Origin: Podarcis filfolensis
Taxonomy: Eukaryota
Reading direction: 5' to 3' (one strand)
DNA length: 64,000 nt
Assembly (NCBI GenBank): GCA_964270895.1
Contig: OZ185439.1
How positions within the stretch are numbered: position 1 is the first letter of the stretch; each line of letters opens with the position of its first letter. The position numbers and the translations under genes were made by a program. A model generated the notes under the pieces. That model did not search any database and was not told where the DNA came from. It was given only the letters and a program-made list of their open reading frames with translations. Shown one piece after another: positions 37,023 to 50,079 of this stretch.

Positions 37023-40000
37023 CATAACTCAGGATAACATTTTGTGGATATTTTATGTAGTCCACAAAGGTTCCACAAATATCTCTGTTCTTTTTAGGCA
37101 GAGAGCATGTTAAATCAGGGTGGGGGGACGTAGCTGGTAATTGTAGAACTGCAAGACCTTCACTTAATAGATTCAAAATAGTTAACATATGTAGCGATGG
37201 ATAGTATACAAATCTTCATCAGAGGCAGATTTTGAGCATATGTGAGTGAAAAGATTTTAAATATTGGGCAAGCCTTAAACTTGAACCTGGCTCATATCAC
37301 ATGAAGCATCTTCCAAAATGAAATCCTCTTTGCTTTATTCCAGCTGTGGAAATGGTATTTATGCCTGGGCTACAGCAGCTACATATTCCTTACTTATACT
37401 AAGCATGTGAGATTCAGTACTATACTATGAAATGCTCTGGCTGTTTTTAAAGCTGTATATATTTTGAGATCTATAGCCTGATAACTCATCTGTTGGATAC
37501 AAAAGTATTCTCCTTCCACAGTCCTTGAAAGATAACTCACCATAAAGGTCAAAAAAACTGCCTGACTCATCTGAAGAAAGAGAGCCTTTTTATGATCAAC
37601 AGTGTTCTTAACTAGGCTTTTATCATGCCGGAATGCTTCAGAAGCCAATTGAACAAGATTTTGACACCCCCTTTTAGAGATACGTTATGATGCAGCTGTT
37701 ACAGCTGAGCTTCAACTTTTGTTAATGACAAGCAAAAGTTATTTATCTTGGCTCAGCTTATTCTTTGCCATATGGCATTACAACCTCTACTCTATATATT
37801 ATATGAAAGAAAAAGCTATCCATGTTCTTAGGTGTTTCAACCCATAATGTTGGACAGATTGTGGCTTTGCCTTAGCAAAAAGTGTTTCTGATCACAGAGG
37901 TTGAGACACCCTTTTTCTTTTTTGCTGCAGCACCTGTGTTGCTGTTGCTGCTGTTTGCTGCACTCCACTGCTCCAAATCCCATTCTGTTCTAGGGGTCTC
38001 CCAGCCGTTGGGAACAGTTTTGGGGGGCAGATATGGTGGGGCTGAAGATGGTAGGGAAAAGCAGCAAAAACCAGGTTCTCCAACTTGTGAGACTAGGAGC
38101 ACTTTCCACTTAGGCAAAGCCGCCATTGGACACACCTCAGAGTAGTTTTCTTTGTATGTAGAATCCTTGAATCATGGTTGTGGGCAATATTTTACGATTT
38201 TTGTTTTCTAACTTTAAAATGCATGTAGTGTCCTGAGCTTCCTGTTTTAGTAAGTTTTCCTTTAGCTTTTCTGGAACCACAGTGATTCTGCAGCTGCAGC
38301 AAAAGATGGAAGGAACTGGGTTCCAAAAAAGACCCCTCCATTAAAAGTTGTGGGGCTGCTGCAAAAAAACATACATCACAATTGAATCAACTGACTTAGA
38401 TTGTTACTGCCTGTCTTTTGTGCCAGAGGTTAAAGTGGTAATTGTTTCCCTTGCTTTCTGCCTAGAAGCCACTGGTGGCCCAGTACAGATCTCCTTTTAG
38501 AAATGACCCAGTTAAGTGAAGCATAGAATATGATGTATTTCAGATGTAACCTGGGCTGGCAATATCTTGGATGTTTCACAGAATTGCAGCCAGCTTCTTG
38601 AGTTTCTTATATTTTTCATATAATTTAGGTCGTCTTACTTATGCCGTTAATATATCCAAGAGAGAGTGTTCAGCTATGTAAGTTTGCACATTTAAAAACT
38701 TGTTTAAAGTTTGCTTAGTTAAAAGTTTGATTACTATTTATCAGTCAGACATTTCCCCTTTTAAAAATAAATCATGCATTTAATTCATTCCTGTAGGTTT
38801 TGCCTAAACTTGATTTTCAAATTTTGCTAATTTCTGTTAAAGTGAACCAAATACTTTCAGCTCTATAATGTTTGTACATTTTGTACTGCTATTGAAAGGT
38901 TTACTGAGATGAATATAAAATATGTAAAATGCTTTGAATTCTTGATTCTATATAAATTCTAAGTACCATTACTGTCTAGGTTTCTTTCTAAATAGATTTT
39001 CTTTCATTGAATTGGAACCTGATCAGGACCACGTGGTCAAATCATCTACCAAAAAACAATAAGTATATTTAACTAGCTATGAATGTACTTAATGAGTGGA
39101 GTGGACAATTAATTGCTAACATAACTGAAATATTCAAGAGTGACTATTACCTTCTGCTAATAATGGAGAAGAAATCCTGTGTTATCAAAAAGACTTGATT
39201 TGATTGCTCTTCTGTGGTTGTGATAAGAGAGAAGGCATATTATTTTAAAGATGAGGAGGAAGCCATTTTAATCATGCATGAAAATATAAATTCCATATGG
39301 GCAATGTCAACCTTTTGTTGTTAGTGACCTAAAGAACCAATTGAGTCAATAAGTTACACCTTTAGTAGCCAAACTGGCTGTTCTTTGAAGTAATTGGCTG
39401 ATTTCATGGTGCCTTGTTGACTCTAATTTTCTAGCCATTGTGATTAAACAGTTGGTTTTGCTATTTCTTTTGTTCCACTGCCCTGTATTGGATAAAAAGT
39501 GCAGCTCCTCCAAACCTGGTTTAAGCATTTTGAAGCTTTGATTTAATTAGTTTGACTGTGTAAACTTGGCAGCTATAGCCAGTACATTATGTGAAGTAAT
39601 TCTCCAGGAATCATGGTGAAGTGAAAAAGACATTGCGTTGTCTTTTGTGGCAAGGATCTGAATCAAAACTATTATGTTCTTCTGCAGAACATGTGGAATA
39701 TCAAAGAAGCTAAAACTACCATTTCCTAATCATTTGCCAGAGAGTTTATTAACTGTCCACATGACAACAGACTAAAATAAATGCAGAGAGTTATGCTTCA
39801 GTAGATTGAATTCCTGTCTTTTCCAAAACCTTTGTTCCAAACATATCTTAGTATTGGAAAGAGCCAAATCCAGTGGCCTGCAATTTGAAACATTTAATAT
39901 ATGCACAACTGAATGTTGTTTTTTTACACGCAGTTGAGTTCAGTTCCTTTTAATGTTCAAAGCAGGACATTTTTACTGTTCATAGAAATTGCTGGTGTTC

Positions 40001-43000
40001 CTATACCATCCTTTCACTGTGCTGTTAAAAAGCATTATGGCATCACAGCATGACATCACTGATACCATTATGGCATCAGTGGCAGAGGCCACTGATAGGA
40101 GCAGCCCATTTTTAGTCTATTTCTTATATAGAAGTTGCTGCAAGTGTTTGTTTCCCCCTTACTGTATGAAGGTTAATACTGAATAGTTTTACAGCTATAA
40201 AAATTCTGTTAATGACTAATCATTCTAGAGTGATCTGCCTAAGCTGTTTGCAATAATGAATTTCAAATGAGTGTTGTTTGTCATGTAATTACTGTCCAGT
40301 TTCTTGGCCTTTACACTTTGGAACAGCAAAATGAAAACATAAGGCACCATCTAATGGGAACATCTCCTACAGAAGTTCATTTGAAATGCCAAGGCATTAT
40401 GCCCAGAATATTTATGCAGGAAAACACTGTGCAGATTATTAGGGCTAGCTAAATCCAATCTATTCTTACTGAGGTGGGCCAAAAAAAGTGTTATCTGTTG
40501 TTTTGTGGGGTTTTTAATGTAAACTCTGCATTAAAGTACCTAGAATAAGTTTGATTGTTCTATATTAAATAGATTGTCTCTTTTTAAATTATGGCTTTGT
40601 GCCCAGTTGCAACAGAAGTAATTATTATATGGAGCAAATAGGTATAATAAGGGAGATGCTTAAATTAATGTGTGCACTCATAATTTGTAGAGCTGCATTT
40701 CACTTTAGTTCTAAATCAATGCAGAAGGTTTTGAGCTTTCTTTTATTTTCCCTGCCATCATAGATCTTATATAAAATGGTCATAATTTGCTGGAAGCTAT
40801 GATCATAGTAATAAACAAAGCAGATCATTATAATGTTCATCTAATGGTCAGGCATGTGAAACCTTAAAAGAAATCATTCTGTGTTTGTAACATGTAATGT
40901 GAATCCTCGCACCTTGTCTTTCTCATGTATCAAAGGTACAGATGCCCACAAATTTCTTTGATTGGCCAGCACAATCCAACTCTAAACTTCAGTTGGTTTG
41001 TTTTTGACTAAAATCCAAGAAATAAAGATCACCATTCCCCTCCCCCCCCAGTATCAACTTAATGAATTTGGTTGTGTGAAATCTTTAATGTATGCACATG
41101 TATGTTACTAATTTTCCTCTATGTCCAAAATCTCTAATATGTTTGCTTCCATAACTCTTGATGCATGTAGTGTTGATCAGATGCAGAATCGACCGGTGAA
41201 CTTCCCTGCAGTTGAAATTGGGATCAGACAAAACATGAAAATGAGTTTTCAGTCTCTTGTAAAGCTAGTGACCTCCACAATACCAGAGAGATTAGTTTAT
41301 TTGAGTATGAAAAGAGTGTTCAGAACATGCTGTGGGGTTAGAGAGGATGATGATTAAATCTGAATGGCAGAGTCCTGACTTATGCTGTGGGAATGTTACT
41401 ATAACAGATGACCCGGTTCCATAGACTTACAGCTGTGCTAGGTATTGTTATCTCTGGAACAGATTAAAGATGAATATATTTTCTTGGTCAGCCCTTCTAT
41501 TTTAGGGGTGAGCTTGGTGTTCTTTAGTAGTTCGTTCTGTTTCAAACCTTAACACAGGAAATTCTCATAATTTCTCTCTTAATTGGTGTGAACAACTGAA
41601 TTGGACTAAATGCACTATTAGTAGCAAAACACAGGAACTGGGACAGTTAGCTGTTTTCCCAGATGGTTCAGATTTTGTTAAACCCATAAGATAATGAATT
41701 CATTTCTTCTTTCCTGAGTTATGTTACTTAAAAATAATAAGCAGCTCCATTTGCTCCATTTATCCTGTGTTTTAACTATGACATGACCGTCCTTTACTTT
41801 GTAAAATATTTGTGGGAGAGGTGTTTGGGGCAATTGAGTCTGGTCCATTAGGGTGAAATCAGAAAGTCTCAGTGTTGCTTTTGTAGAACACAGAATGGAG
41901 GAGGATGGGGATACAACTTGAATTAGTTGGCACTGGCTCCATACAGTGTTGGTCCCCCTGCCTTCTGCCCTACAAGTCCCGAGGGGCACCAGCCACCAAA
42001 AGTCCTGGGGGTGAAGTTAGAAGGCCAAAGATGAGGCCTCGGCTGAACCATATTCTGAGATCATGTACTGCAGGTCCTTGCTCATAAATGCAATTTTCTG
42101 TTCCCTGTAGAAAGATGATTTTGCACAAATATACAGCCTGCTGCCCAGGCTTCTCTACCCTGTCCTGTAATGTTCCTAAAATCTTCTGTAGTGCAGAACA
42201 TATGCTGCTCTCGCAGGCCAGGTTCCTAGTATTAAATTAAGCTTTCCTATTGCTTCAAATATGGAACCTGCTGTTTCGTGATGAGGCGGCAGCCATCATG
42301 ATGGAAGCTGTTGGGACTGCGGGTGGGTTCGAAAAGAGATGGGAAGGCAGCAGGAGGGGAACGTTGCTTCACTTCTCTATCATCAAAGGATTCCAGCAGG
42401 ATTTCCTGGGTCTGGCACACTATATGTAAATTGCCCCCACCCCCTCAATATATTACAAACTGAAGCTGGGTTTCTAATGTACAGCTTGCCTGTGTGGTGC
42501 AATATTGCTGGTTCTAATATAAACTCACTGTCAACTCCATGATCAAGTTCTTTTCCAAAATATCTCCATTCTTTTGCACATGAAGTCCAAACAACAATAA
42601 TGATGAATATAGTATTTTAATTTAACATGTGAAGCAGGATGCTTTGTTACCTTCAGTGAAAGTTTAAAGGAATGAAATCAGGAAGATGCGGAATGAAACT
42701 TAAATGATTATTTCCTTTCTTATTATAAAGATCACACACAGTTCTGCATTTTAGAAATCTACCTACTGAAGTTTTAATGTGTGATTATTTCTGGTATCTT
42801 TGTTCACATTAATGTAAGGGGAAATGAGCTGATTATACTTCTTGGTTTGTATGTATTCTCTTCCTCAGCGTTATTTTCTTGTCATTAGTGTTGTTTCCCA
42901 AAAGTCTATGGACTGAAAATGTTTCACAAATTTGTGGATCCTTCCTGACATCGTTCAGCATGCAAAGTAACCAAGAGGATGTTGTGGGTGTCACGAGTCG

Positions 43001-46000
43001 AGTCATTTATGTGCTGTGAGAGTAGCAGCCCTTTGTTTTGACTCAAAGCTAGACAAATTTGGCAACAGAGACAAAAGGAGAATACCTTTGTATTACTGAG
43101 GTGTCATTTTTATAAAGTGCCTTTGTCTCCTGCGCCACCCTCTTAATGCCTCAGAAATAAATCACTTCAGACTTCATCACTGACAGCCACAATATCTACA
43201 GTCTTCACACATCAGGAGCCTGGCTGACATGGCAAATTATGTGCTGGTGCCATTTGACAAGAGCAAAATGAAGAGAGGGGCTGGGCTTCCTTGCTGTATA
43301 TCACTGCAAAGTAGTAATGTGTATTCTGGATCCAGAGTGGGTGTTTGAACGCTTAATTGTGTTTGGTAGTATAAGTTGAAAAATAAGTGGAATAACAAGC
43401 TGGGGAGAGGATGTGATGGGACTAAGAAAAATAATCTAGGCACCTGATTCATTGATGGAGAATCGCTTGCCATTATTTAAAACACATCTGCATTTGTGCA
43501 ACAAATCTCATTACCAATGTGCACATATAAGTGTTGATCTGCAGTAGTTGTGTCCCGTTTTTAAAAAGATGATGCAGAACTTGCACGATGAGTATGCTAC
43601 TTATTTCACCAGCAGTCTCCAAAATCCCTTTGCCTAGGCTGCGGAAGTGCATATCCAGATAACTCCTTGAGTAAAGTAATCACTTTGCCTTCCTCTGTTT
43701 ATAAGATAGGAGTTGTTTCCTCTTTTGAGTTTGTTTTCTTGTATCTTTTCTAGTGGCAGTGCCTCCACCTCTTTCTCATCCAAATCTGAGAATAAAATAA
43801 ATATTTTGTTTAAAAAATCTCACTGGAATTGTGTTAAGCTCATGATTCAGATAAATGAGGGAGGAAAAGACTTGAGCTGATACAATTAATGTCTTATGCT
43901 GGAGATCTCACCAGCTGCCTTAGGAAAATTGCTTAGGTGCTGGGCTTCAATATAGTTTCAAAGAAACCAGAGACCAGTGGTCTTGCCTTACACAGCATAA
44001 AACTTTCCAAAGTGCTTGGTTTTACTGTTTTACTGTCTTCAGACCTTGTGACACTACTGCAGATGATTATTAATACACTGGATCTGGAATTTCAGGCAAT
44101 ATGGCTCACTTTCTTTCTTTGCTACAGTACTTTATATGCAAAGTGGATAGACTTTCATCCATATGCAATTACTGCAAGACTATAAAATATGATATGGTTA
44201 AAGAAAGCAGTAGATTAAAACTACAGTAATTTCAAGAACTTGCAACAGGAACTAAAATCAAGTTTGAATATGTTGCACAGTTATGAAAAAAAGCTGAATT
44301 GACAACAAATAATTACTGCCTGTGGGAAGCAAGGGACTTTGCTACCCAATAAATAAGCAGCTCTTATTCTCACTGTGTAGAGAGATGCACATGTTCAAGC
44401 GATGCACATATACCAGCTATTCTTATATTTCATTGAACGTTTCATAAGTGCTTGCTTGATGTGCAGAATAGTGTCCCGCTGAATGTTAATCACTACAAGT
44501 CAAGAAAAATGAAGTTACCTCGAAGTCCACTTTCAAAGTCTTCATTTATAAACCACCATGTCCTAAAGGTATGGGAGGGTTATATGGGGTGAGCCAGCTG
44601 GGTAACTACAGACGACCAAAACCCAGCAGTAACGGAATTCTGGAATTAGATTTTGTTGCAACCACTTGAAATTCTGTGGTTGCAACTGTTTGATCAAGCC
44701 AATCCAGGCAGATCAGAACATATTGATATGAACAGAACCAGTTCAGCCCAGCAATAAAAGTAGGCACAGGCTGGCTAAAAGCTGCAGCTGCATTGCAGTT
44801 ACAGTGCAGATACACTTCACAATGGAGAAAGAAATGTGTAAGCAATCTGTCTTATAGTCACTCTTTGACTGCACACATTTTAGTAAAAGTTCCCAAGGTC
44901 TCCAACTGACTTGCCCAGAGCAAGGTAGATTGAAGCTATGAAAATTTAAAAACAGCAATCAGGAACTAAATATCAGTTTTGAGCATCCCTCTCCCTCCAC
45001 CTCCCTCCCTCTTTCCTTTAACAAAACAGAGGTGGTGCCACTGATGCGCTCCATCTTAGCTCCAGACATAGCACACCAGTTGAAGACTCCTTCTGCACAT
45101 AATTTCTAGTTCAAACACTTTGTCAATAGATCCGTGGTTTTTTTAAATTTTAAAGTTTATGATGTAGCTATTTATTATAGGTTTGTGTTCACATAGATTC
45201 TGCTAAAAGACATACAAAACCCATTATTGCTGTTCTCCAATTACGATTGTCCAGTCCAGTACAACAGTTGAGTGTAGAACTGAGCAAAGCTGGGAGTGAA
45301 GAGGGAACAGGAGCACTGTGGGTTTCTTGTACTATATTGTGTTAAAGCAGCCAAACCCTTTAATACTGGCAATGCAATTAGTGATTCATGGAGTAAGAAA
45401 ATCAAAAAGTTGGGTCCCTGCCATGAGGAGCTTACAATCTATGCTTCAGCAGTGGAGGAGATAGGAAGGGGAAATAACAAGGGCTGCATGTGAGCAAATA
45501 AGCTACGTGTACTTAATTAAGCTTTGTTGCAGCTGGGAACCAAATTTGATTTGTTTCAACAATTTATAGTTTGCCCATTTGGCAAGGCACTCGTAAGCAA
45601 CTGAAAAGACAAATGTAAGCATTCACATATACAGATTAAAGCAATAAATTAAACCTGGAAGCCTGAGTTTCAACTCCTGGGTGCCAGAATCAAATGTGTG
45701 GGAGCTAACCTTGTGACCCCAGTCCAAGCAAAATTAGTAATCATGACCAAGCCACAATGAAAGCAGTAGGAATTAATTTGGCTGCCAGGAAGGGCTCCCT
45801 TAACCCCTTTAAGTGTTTTTTGTCAACTTACATCTCTGTGTTGAACCTGAAATTAAAGTTGCATTCATTTAAATTTTCTTCTCCACTTCTAAGAACTGTG
45901 ATACAGTACCCATGGCAAAGAGCCGGGCCCAAACTATGAATGAATATGTTTATTTCTTGGTTTGCCTGCCTGTTCCATTTGTATCCTGTCCTCCTTCCCG

Positions 46001-46054
46001 TGAGATAAGGCTGCTGACATGGAGGTGGGCTTTTTCAGTGATGGCACTGAATGT

Positions 46055-46200
46055 GATACATTCCCTGCTGAAATAAGAGACACCCCATCTCTGTTGGCAT
46101 TCTGTTAGCTCTTGAAGAGACACCTGTTTGAACAGGTATCCCTCTGACCTCTTTATCCGAGTCTCGTGTTTTAATTGCTGTGTTGTTTTAGTGACACTTA
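46055..46200 (+). mobile_element. L2-type 3' end relic
   Basis: ttccctgctgaaataagagacaccccatctctgttggcattc...gaagagacacctgtttgaacagg resembles the L2 ORF2 end and UTR. Confidence 0.45.
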
Positions 46201-46257
46201 TTACCGCACCACAGCATATTGCTTCCATTAATGCCATTGCTCTAGCAGCTTCTAGAG

Positions 46258-46385
46258 AGAATAATAGAATGTAGAGACCTTGAGGGTAATCTAGTCCAAC
46301 TCCCTGCAATGCAGGAATCTCAACTAAAGCATCCATGACAGATGGCCATTCAACCTCTGCTGAAAAACCTCCAAGGGAGGAGAAG
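46258..46385 (-). mobile_element. CR1 LINE 3' end fragment
   Basis: tagaat...gagggtaatctagtccaactccctgcaatgcaggaatctc...gatggccattcaacctctgc is the reverse complement of a CR1 tail. Confidence 0.75.
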
Positions 46386-46409
46386 GGCCTCCCCCAAATA
46401 TCAGGTTTG

Positions 46410-46785
46410 TAAATCCTAAGGGACTCTGCAAGCCAGTGACCAAGGCATTGAACAGGAGTCGTCGTCCCCAGCACCATCTTCTGAATTTGCTTCTCCAGGA
46501 AAGAATGGAACCACTGTAAAACAGTGCCTCCAAGTCCTGTCCCAGCAAGGTGGCCTGGAAGGATACCATAGGCAATGGTATTGAAAGCCACCAGAACCCA
46601 GCAGAACCAGCAGGAACACACTCCCACCTGTCCAGTTCTTGGTGTTAAGTCATCCACCAAGGTGACCAAAGCTATCTCTGTCCCATAACCAGGCCTAGAA
46701 CCAGATTGAAATGGATCTAGATAATCAGTCTCCTCCAGAAACCTCTGGAGCTGAGCTGCCAGCAGATGCTCCAGTACCATATGTT
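46410..46785 (-). mobile_element. L2 LINE reverse-transcriptase fragment (inactive)
   Basis: VLEHLLAAQLQRFLEETDYLDPFQSGSRPGYGTEIALVTLVDDL...AFNTIAYGIL..LAGTGLGGTVLQWFHSFL...QKMVLG..CSMPWSLACRVP*. Frameshifts occur around the LLDLSAAFD motif. Confidence 0.88.
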
Positions 46786-46914
46786 CTATTTCTTCTTCCA
46801 ATGTGTAGTAAGTGATCCTGATTCTGCAAGGAGTTTTGATCCAAAATGACACTTGTATTCTTGAAACACTTTGCAAGAATTCCACAACCAGCAGGCACTA
46901 AAGGAAGGGCTAAA

Positions 46915-47035
46915 AGTCAGTGCTTTGCATGCAGCGAGTCTCAGGTCCAGGGTCCAGCATCTTCAAGTAGTGCTGGGAACGTCCTCTGGTGAGCCACTGC
47001 TAGTTGGTGTAGAATTGGAGACAATATTGAGCTTC
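46915..47035 (+). mobile_element. tRNA-derived SINE (Squam3-like), decayed
   Basis: agtgctttgcatgcag...caggtccagggtccagcatcttcaagtagtgctggga...gagccactgctagt...gacaatattgagc. Confidence 0.55.
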
Positions 47036-47827
47036 TTTATAGGGCAGCCTCCTATTTTCACTAAGTAACTCAGCAGACAGTGGCTCATAGTCCAGCTGTG
47101 GTACATATTCTACCTTCTGCCCGTTCATGTCTTTAAAAAACCCAGTGTGTCTAGCATTGTGTATGTCTGGTTTTGTCCTCTCTACAACAAATAGTAAAAT
47201 ACCCAATTACAACAGAATGGCCTCAAAGCAGCAACATGAAATTAAATAGTACATGAATTGGTAGCATTTTACCATGTTAAAATATCAAGGATCAGCTAAA
47301 ACCTTTGACTTGAATAAGATTTCAGCTTCTAGACATATAGGAAAATAATTTAAATTAGGCCATTTCCCCAATTCATGTCATTTTCTTTCTTTCTTTCTTT
47401 CTTTTTAAAAAAGCACTCCAAACACTGAATGCTGTCAACTCTCATTGAACCATGAAGAAGGTGTTCAGAATTGCTTGCTAGACTGAACCGTATCTCCTTG
47501 GTAACCCACTTCCGATGCATTATGTGATGTCATTGGTACTGTTAAAAGCAGGCTGTGTTACTTTGTTGTCATTGTCCCCCCCTCCTAATTTCGAACATAT
47601 TTTTACACATTTCTTTTTTAAATGTGAAGTTCATTAGATTTTCAGAGAGAAGTTTTAGTGCACTTGTATGTATGCTTTTGGGAACACAGAACGAAAGCAT
47701 GTATTATGATATACAAATGAGGCAAATTATGCTCCTACCAGAATCTGTACTGGCCACAGGTACCACTACTTTCCTTGCAATTGCATGTTTATTCTGGAAA
47801 TTGATGAGGCAGGTATGTGCAACATAG

Positions 47828-48181
47828 GTAAAGGTAAAGGGACCCCTGACCATTAGGTCCAGTCGTGACCGACTCTGGGGTTGCGACGCTCATCTCGCTT
47901 TATTGGCCGAGGGAGCTGGCGTACAGCTTCCGGGTCATGTGGCTAGCATGACTAAGCCACTTCTGGTGAACCAGAGCAGCACATGGAAACTCTGTTTACC
48001 TTCCCGCCAGAGCAGTACCTATTTATCTACTTGAACTTTGACATGCTTTTGAACTGCTAGGTTGGCAGGAATAGGGACCGAGCAATGGGAGCAATGGGTT
48101 GCGGGGATTTGAACCACTGACCTTCTGATCGGCAAGTCCTAGGCTCTGTGGTTTAACCCACAGCACCACCTGCGTCCCTCG
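47828..48181 (-). mobile_element. Sauria SINE, full length, 12-bp TSD
   Basis: Minus-strand tRNA head gggacgcaggtggtgctgtgggttaaaccacagagcctaggacttgccgatcagaaggtcagtggttcaaatcccc and an (ACCTTT)n tail. TSD tgtgcaacatag at 47816-47827 and 48182-48193. Confidence 0.95.
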
Positions 48182-48514
48182 TGTGCAACATAGATTGCAC
48201 CTATTACTTGTCTGGAGGCCTCTAGCATGCAGAGGGAGTGCTAAGGGATCATCTCCCCCATTCCAAGCCAAGTATCCTCTTGCCTTTCTGTGGTCTCGCA
48301 GAACTCTAATATTGCTGGAAAGCCTTTTCTGAGGTTCCTCTCTGTCTGAGACCTCTGATGCACTGCCTAGCGACCCCTCAGTTTCCCATTGGCCCACTCT
48401 TCACCGAAACCTTGCATTCAGAAGCTCTGTATTAATAATTTGGCCCTTGTGCAATCATACAAAATAATGGCGTAGTACAGATTAAGTTCCAGTGTAAGTG
48501 TGACTATGAAAGCA

Positions 48515-48683
48515 CATAGGAAGCTGTCTTATACTGAATCAGACATTAGGTCCATCTAGCTCATTGTTGTGTGTACAGGCTGGTAGCAGCCCTCCAGGGT
48601 TTTAGACAGCAGTGTTTTTTCCAGCCCTACCAGGAGATGCTGAGACCTTCTGCAGGTACAGCAGATGCCCTGCCAGGGAGCTA
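48515..48683 (-). mobile_element. tRNA-derived SINE (Squam3-like)
   Basis: cataggaagctgtcttatactgaatcagac...ccatctagctca...ccagccctaccaggagatgc; reverse complement of the family at 32951. Confidence 0.75.
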
Positions 48684-48699
48684 TTTGTTCCCGACTCAC

Positions 48700-48856
48700 T
48701 GAAGCATACAAATTTACCCTATACCAAGTCAGACTATTGATCTATCTAGCTCAGTATTAACTACTCTCCAGGGTCTTTCCCAGCCTTACCTAGATTTGAA
48801 GCTGTGATCATTTTAATGCAAAGCCTGTGCTGCACCACTGAGCTATGTCCTTCCCC
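48700..48856 (-). mobile_element. Second adjacent Squam3-like SINE
   Basis: tataccaagtcagactattgatctatctagctcagtatt...ctgcaccactgagcta; same orientation as the preceding copy. Confidence 0.7.
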
Positions 48857-49439
48857 AGCTACTCTAGTGTAATGTAATAAGCCCTTCTCTTGGTGATTGC
48901 TATTTCTGAATCTCATCTTGGTCCAAAGTGAGCAGTATTTCCTCTAATGACAGCTTAGCTAATTAGTCTGCAAAGGCAACCAATGTTTAGAGGAGTAGAA
49001 TAAACAAATGTTTGGCTAAATAAATTATATATTTTTGTTCCACATTTTAATTCTGCCCTCAAGTGATTATAGGGCGAGCCACATTGAACTGGGTAATGTA
49101 AAAAAAAGTCAACCAGTCATTAATCTTGCAGTAGGCTAAGGAATTCACACTTCTTGCATTGTTAAAAACTAGAAGCTACTGAAAATAACCTAAAATTGTT
49201 TTGCCTAAATAACATAGACAAAAATGAAAGTCAAGTAGCAAGCAGGAGTGCTAAAAAGAAGTATAGATTATGAAACTGTTCAGTTGAACTAAAAATGCAT
49301 TTGCTTCAATCCAGAGTCCCTTGTGCATTGTGATTCTTTTAAGTCTCTCAAGGTGACATGGAAGAGCCATATCAGATATCCTTCTGTTTTTAAGACTTGA
49401 ACAGCTGCTGGGAGATGAATTTAATCAGGAAGGGGTTAA

Positions 49440-49637
49440 ACCTTCCACTGCCTGCTATTTCCACAATGGAAATTGTTCCCCAATCTGCTATTTTTTTAAA
49501 ACGAGGCTGCATTTTAAATTGCATTTTAACCTGTATTTTAAATTGGTTTTTTTCCTATTATGTTTTTATTGTAATTTTACTGGTATTAGTTGCCCTGAGC
49601 CCGGCTCTGGCCGGGGAGGGCGGGGTATAAATATAAT

Positions 49638-49690
<53 letters not shown>

Positions 49691-49691
49691 A
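49440..49691 (+). mobile_element. L2-type 3' end with a (TTG)n tail
   Basis: gccctgagcccggctctggccggggagggcggggtataaatataat followed by (TTG)n at 49638-49691. Confidence 0.7.
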
Positions 49692-50060
49692 TTTTCCCTA
49701 CAGCAGGAAAACATTAAGGTCCCCTCCCTGGACATCTTCCTCCACTGACAAGTATCAGCTTTGGGAAAGTGCTTTTCATAGGGAAACTGCTCTGGAGAAC
49801 AAAGGGCTAGCTTTTTACCCCAACACTGTGATCCTGATTAGATTTGCCACCTATTAAAATATTCTATTTGCTATTTTTTTTTTATAAAGCCTGGGAAAAT
49901 GAAAATACTGGAACTGCTGTTGCATCCAGTTTGACCCTTAGTGTGGGCATTAAGTCTCTGTTACTCACAAGAGACTAGTGGTTCAGCGCCTCTTTCTATG
50001 GACTCAGCTAGACTGGTAAAGAAAAAGCGATTTATATGTGTTGTATTGTGATATAACATT

Positions 50061-50079
50061 GTGCCACCAGATGGCGACA
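50061..50079 (+). promoter_or_regulatory. Candidate CTCF motif
   Basis: GTGCCACCAGATGGCGACA; the core CCACCAGATGGCG fits CCASYAGRKGGCR at all 13 positions. Confidence 0.4.

Larger units (their letters stand above)
36272..37105 (+). mobile_element. Penelope-like element relic: GIY-YIG endonuclease remnant between inverted terminal repeats
   Basis: 36612-36940 translates, with stops, as TEPNNDIKLFTCPSSSVTYAIICQPCSSAFYL*QIGLSLCKQI...IL*QSNLKGRL*HETAEPQYIKRF, the PLE GIY-YIG pattern. The arms at 36272-36407 and 37023-37105 are degenerate reverse complements (cataac..tcaggataa..tgtagtccacaaa..). Confidence 0.8.

Noticed and set aside
39027-39038. Perfect palindrome GACCACGTGGTC (MYC/MAX-type E-box)
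   Set aside because: About 16 perfect 12-bp palindromes are expected by chance in 64 kb at uniform base composition, and there is no supporting context.
44655-44686. 11-bp inverted repeat gttgcaaccac/gtggttgcaac
   Set aside because: Short and isolated; too small for a pre-miRNA and plausibly chance or MITE debris.
45950-46885. Longest ORF in the track (311 aa, minus strand) as a host gene or intact RT
   Set aside because: It is a chance read-through across an L2 RT fragment, a CR1 tail and an L2 tail. The LLDLSAAFD motif is frameshifted and the fragment ends before the YADD region.
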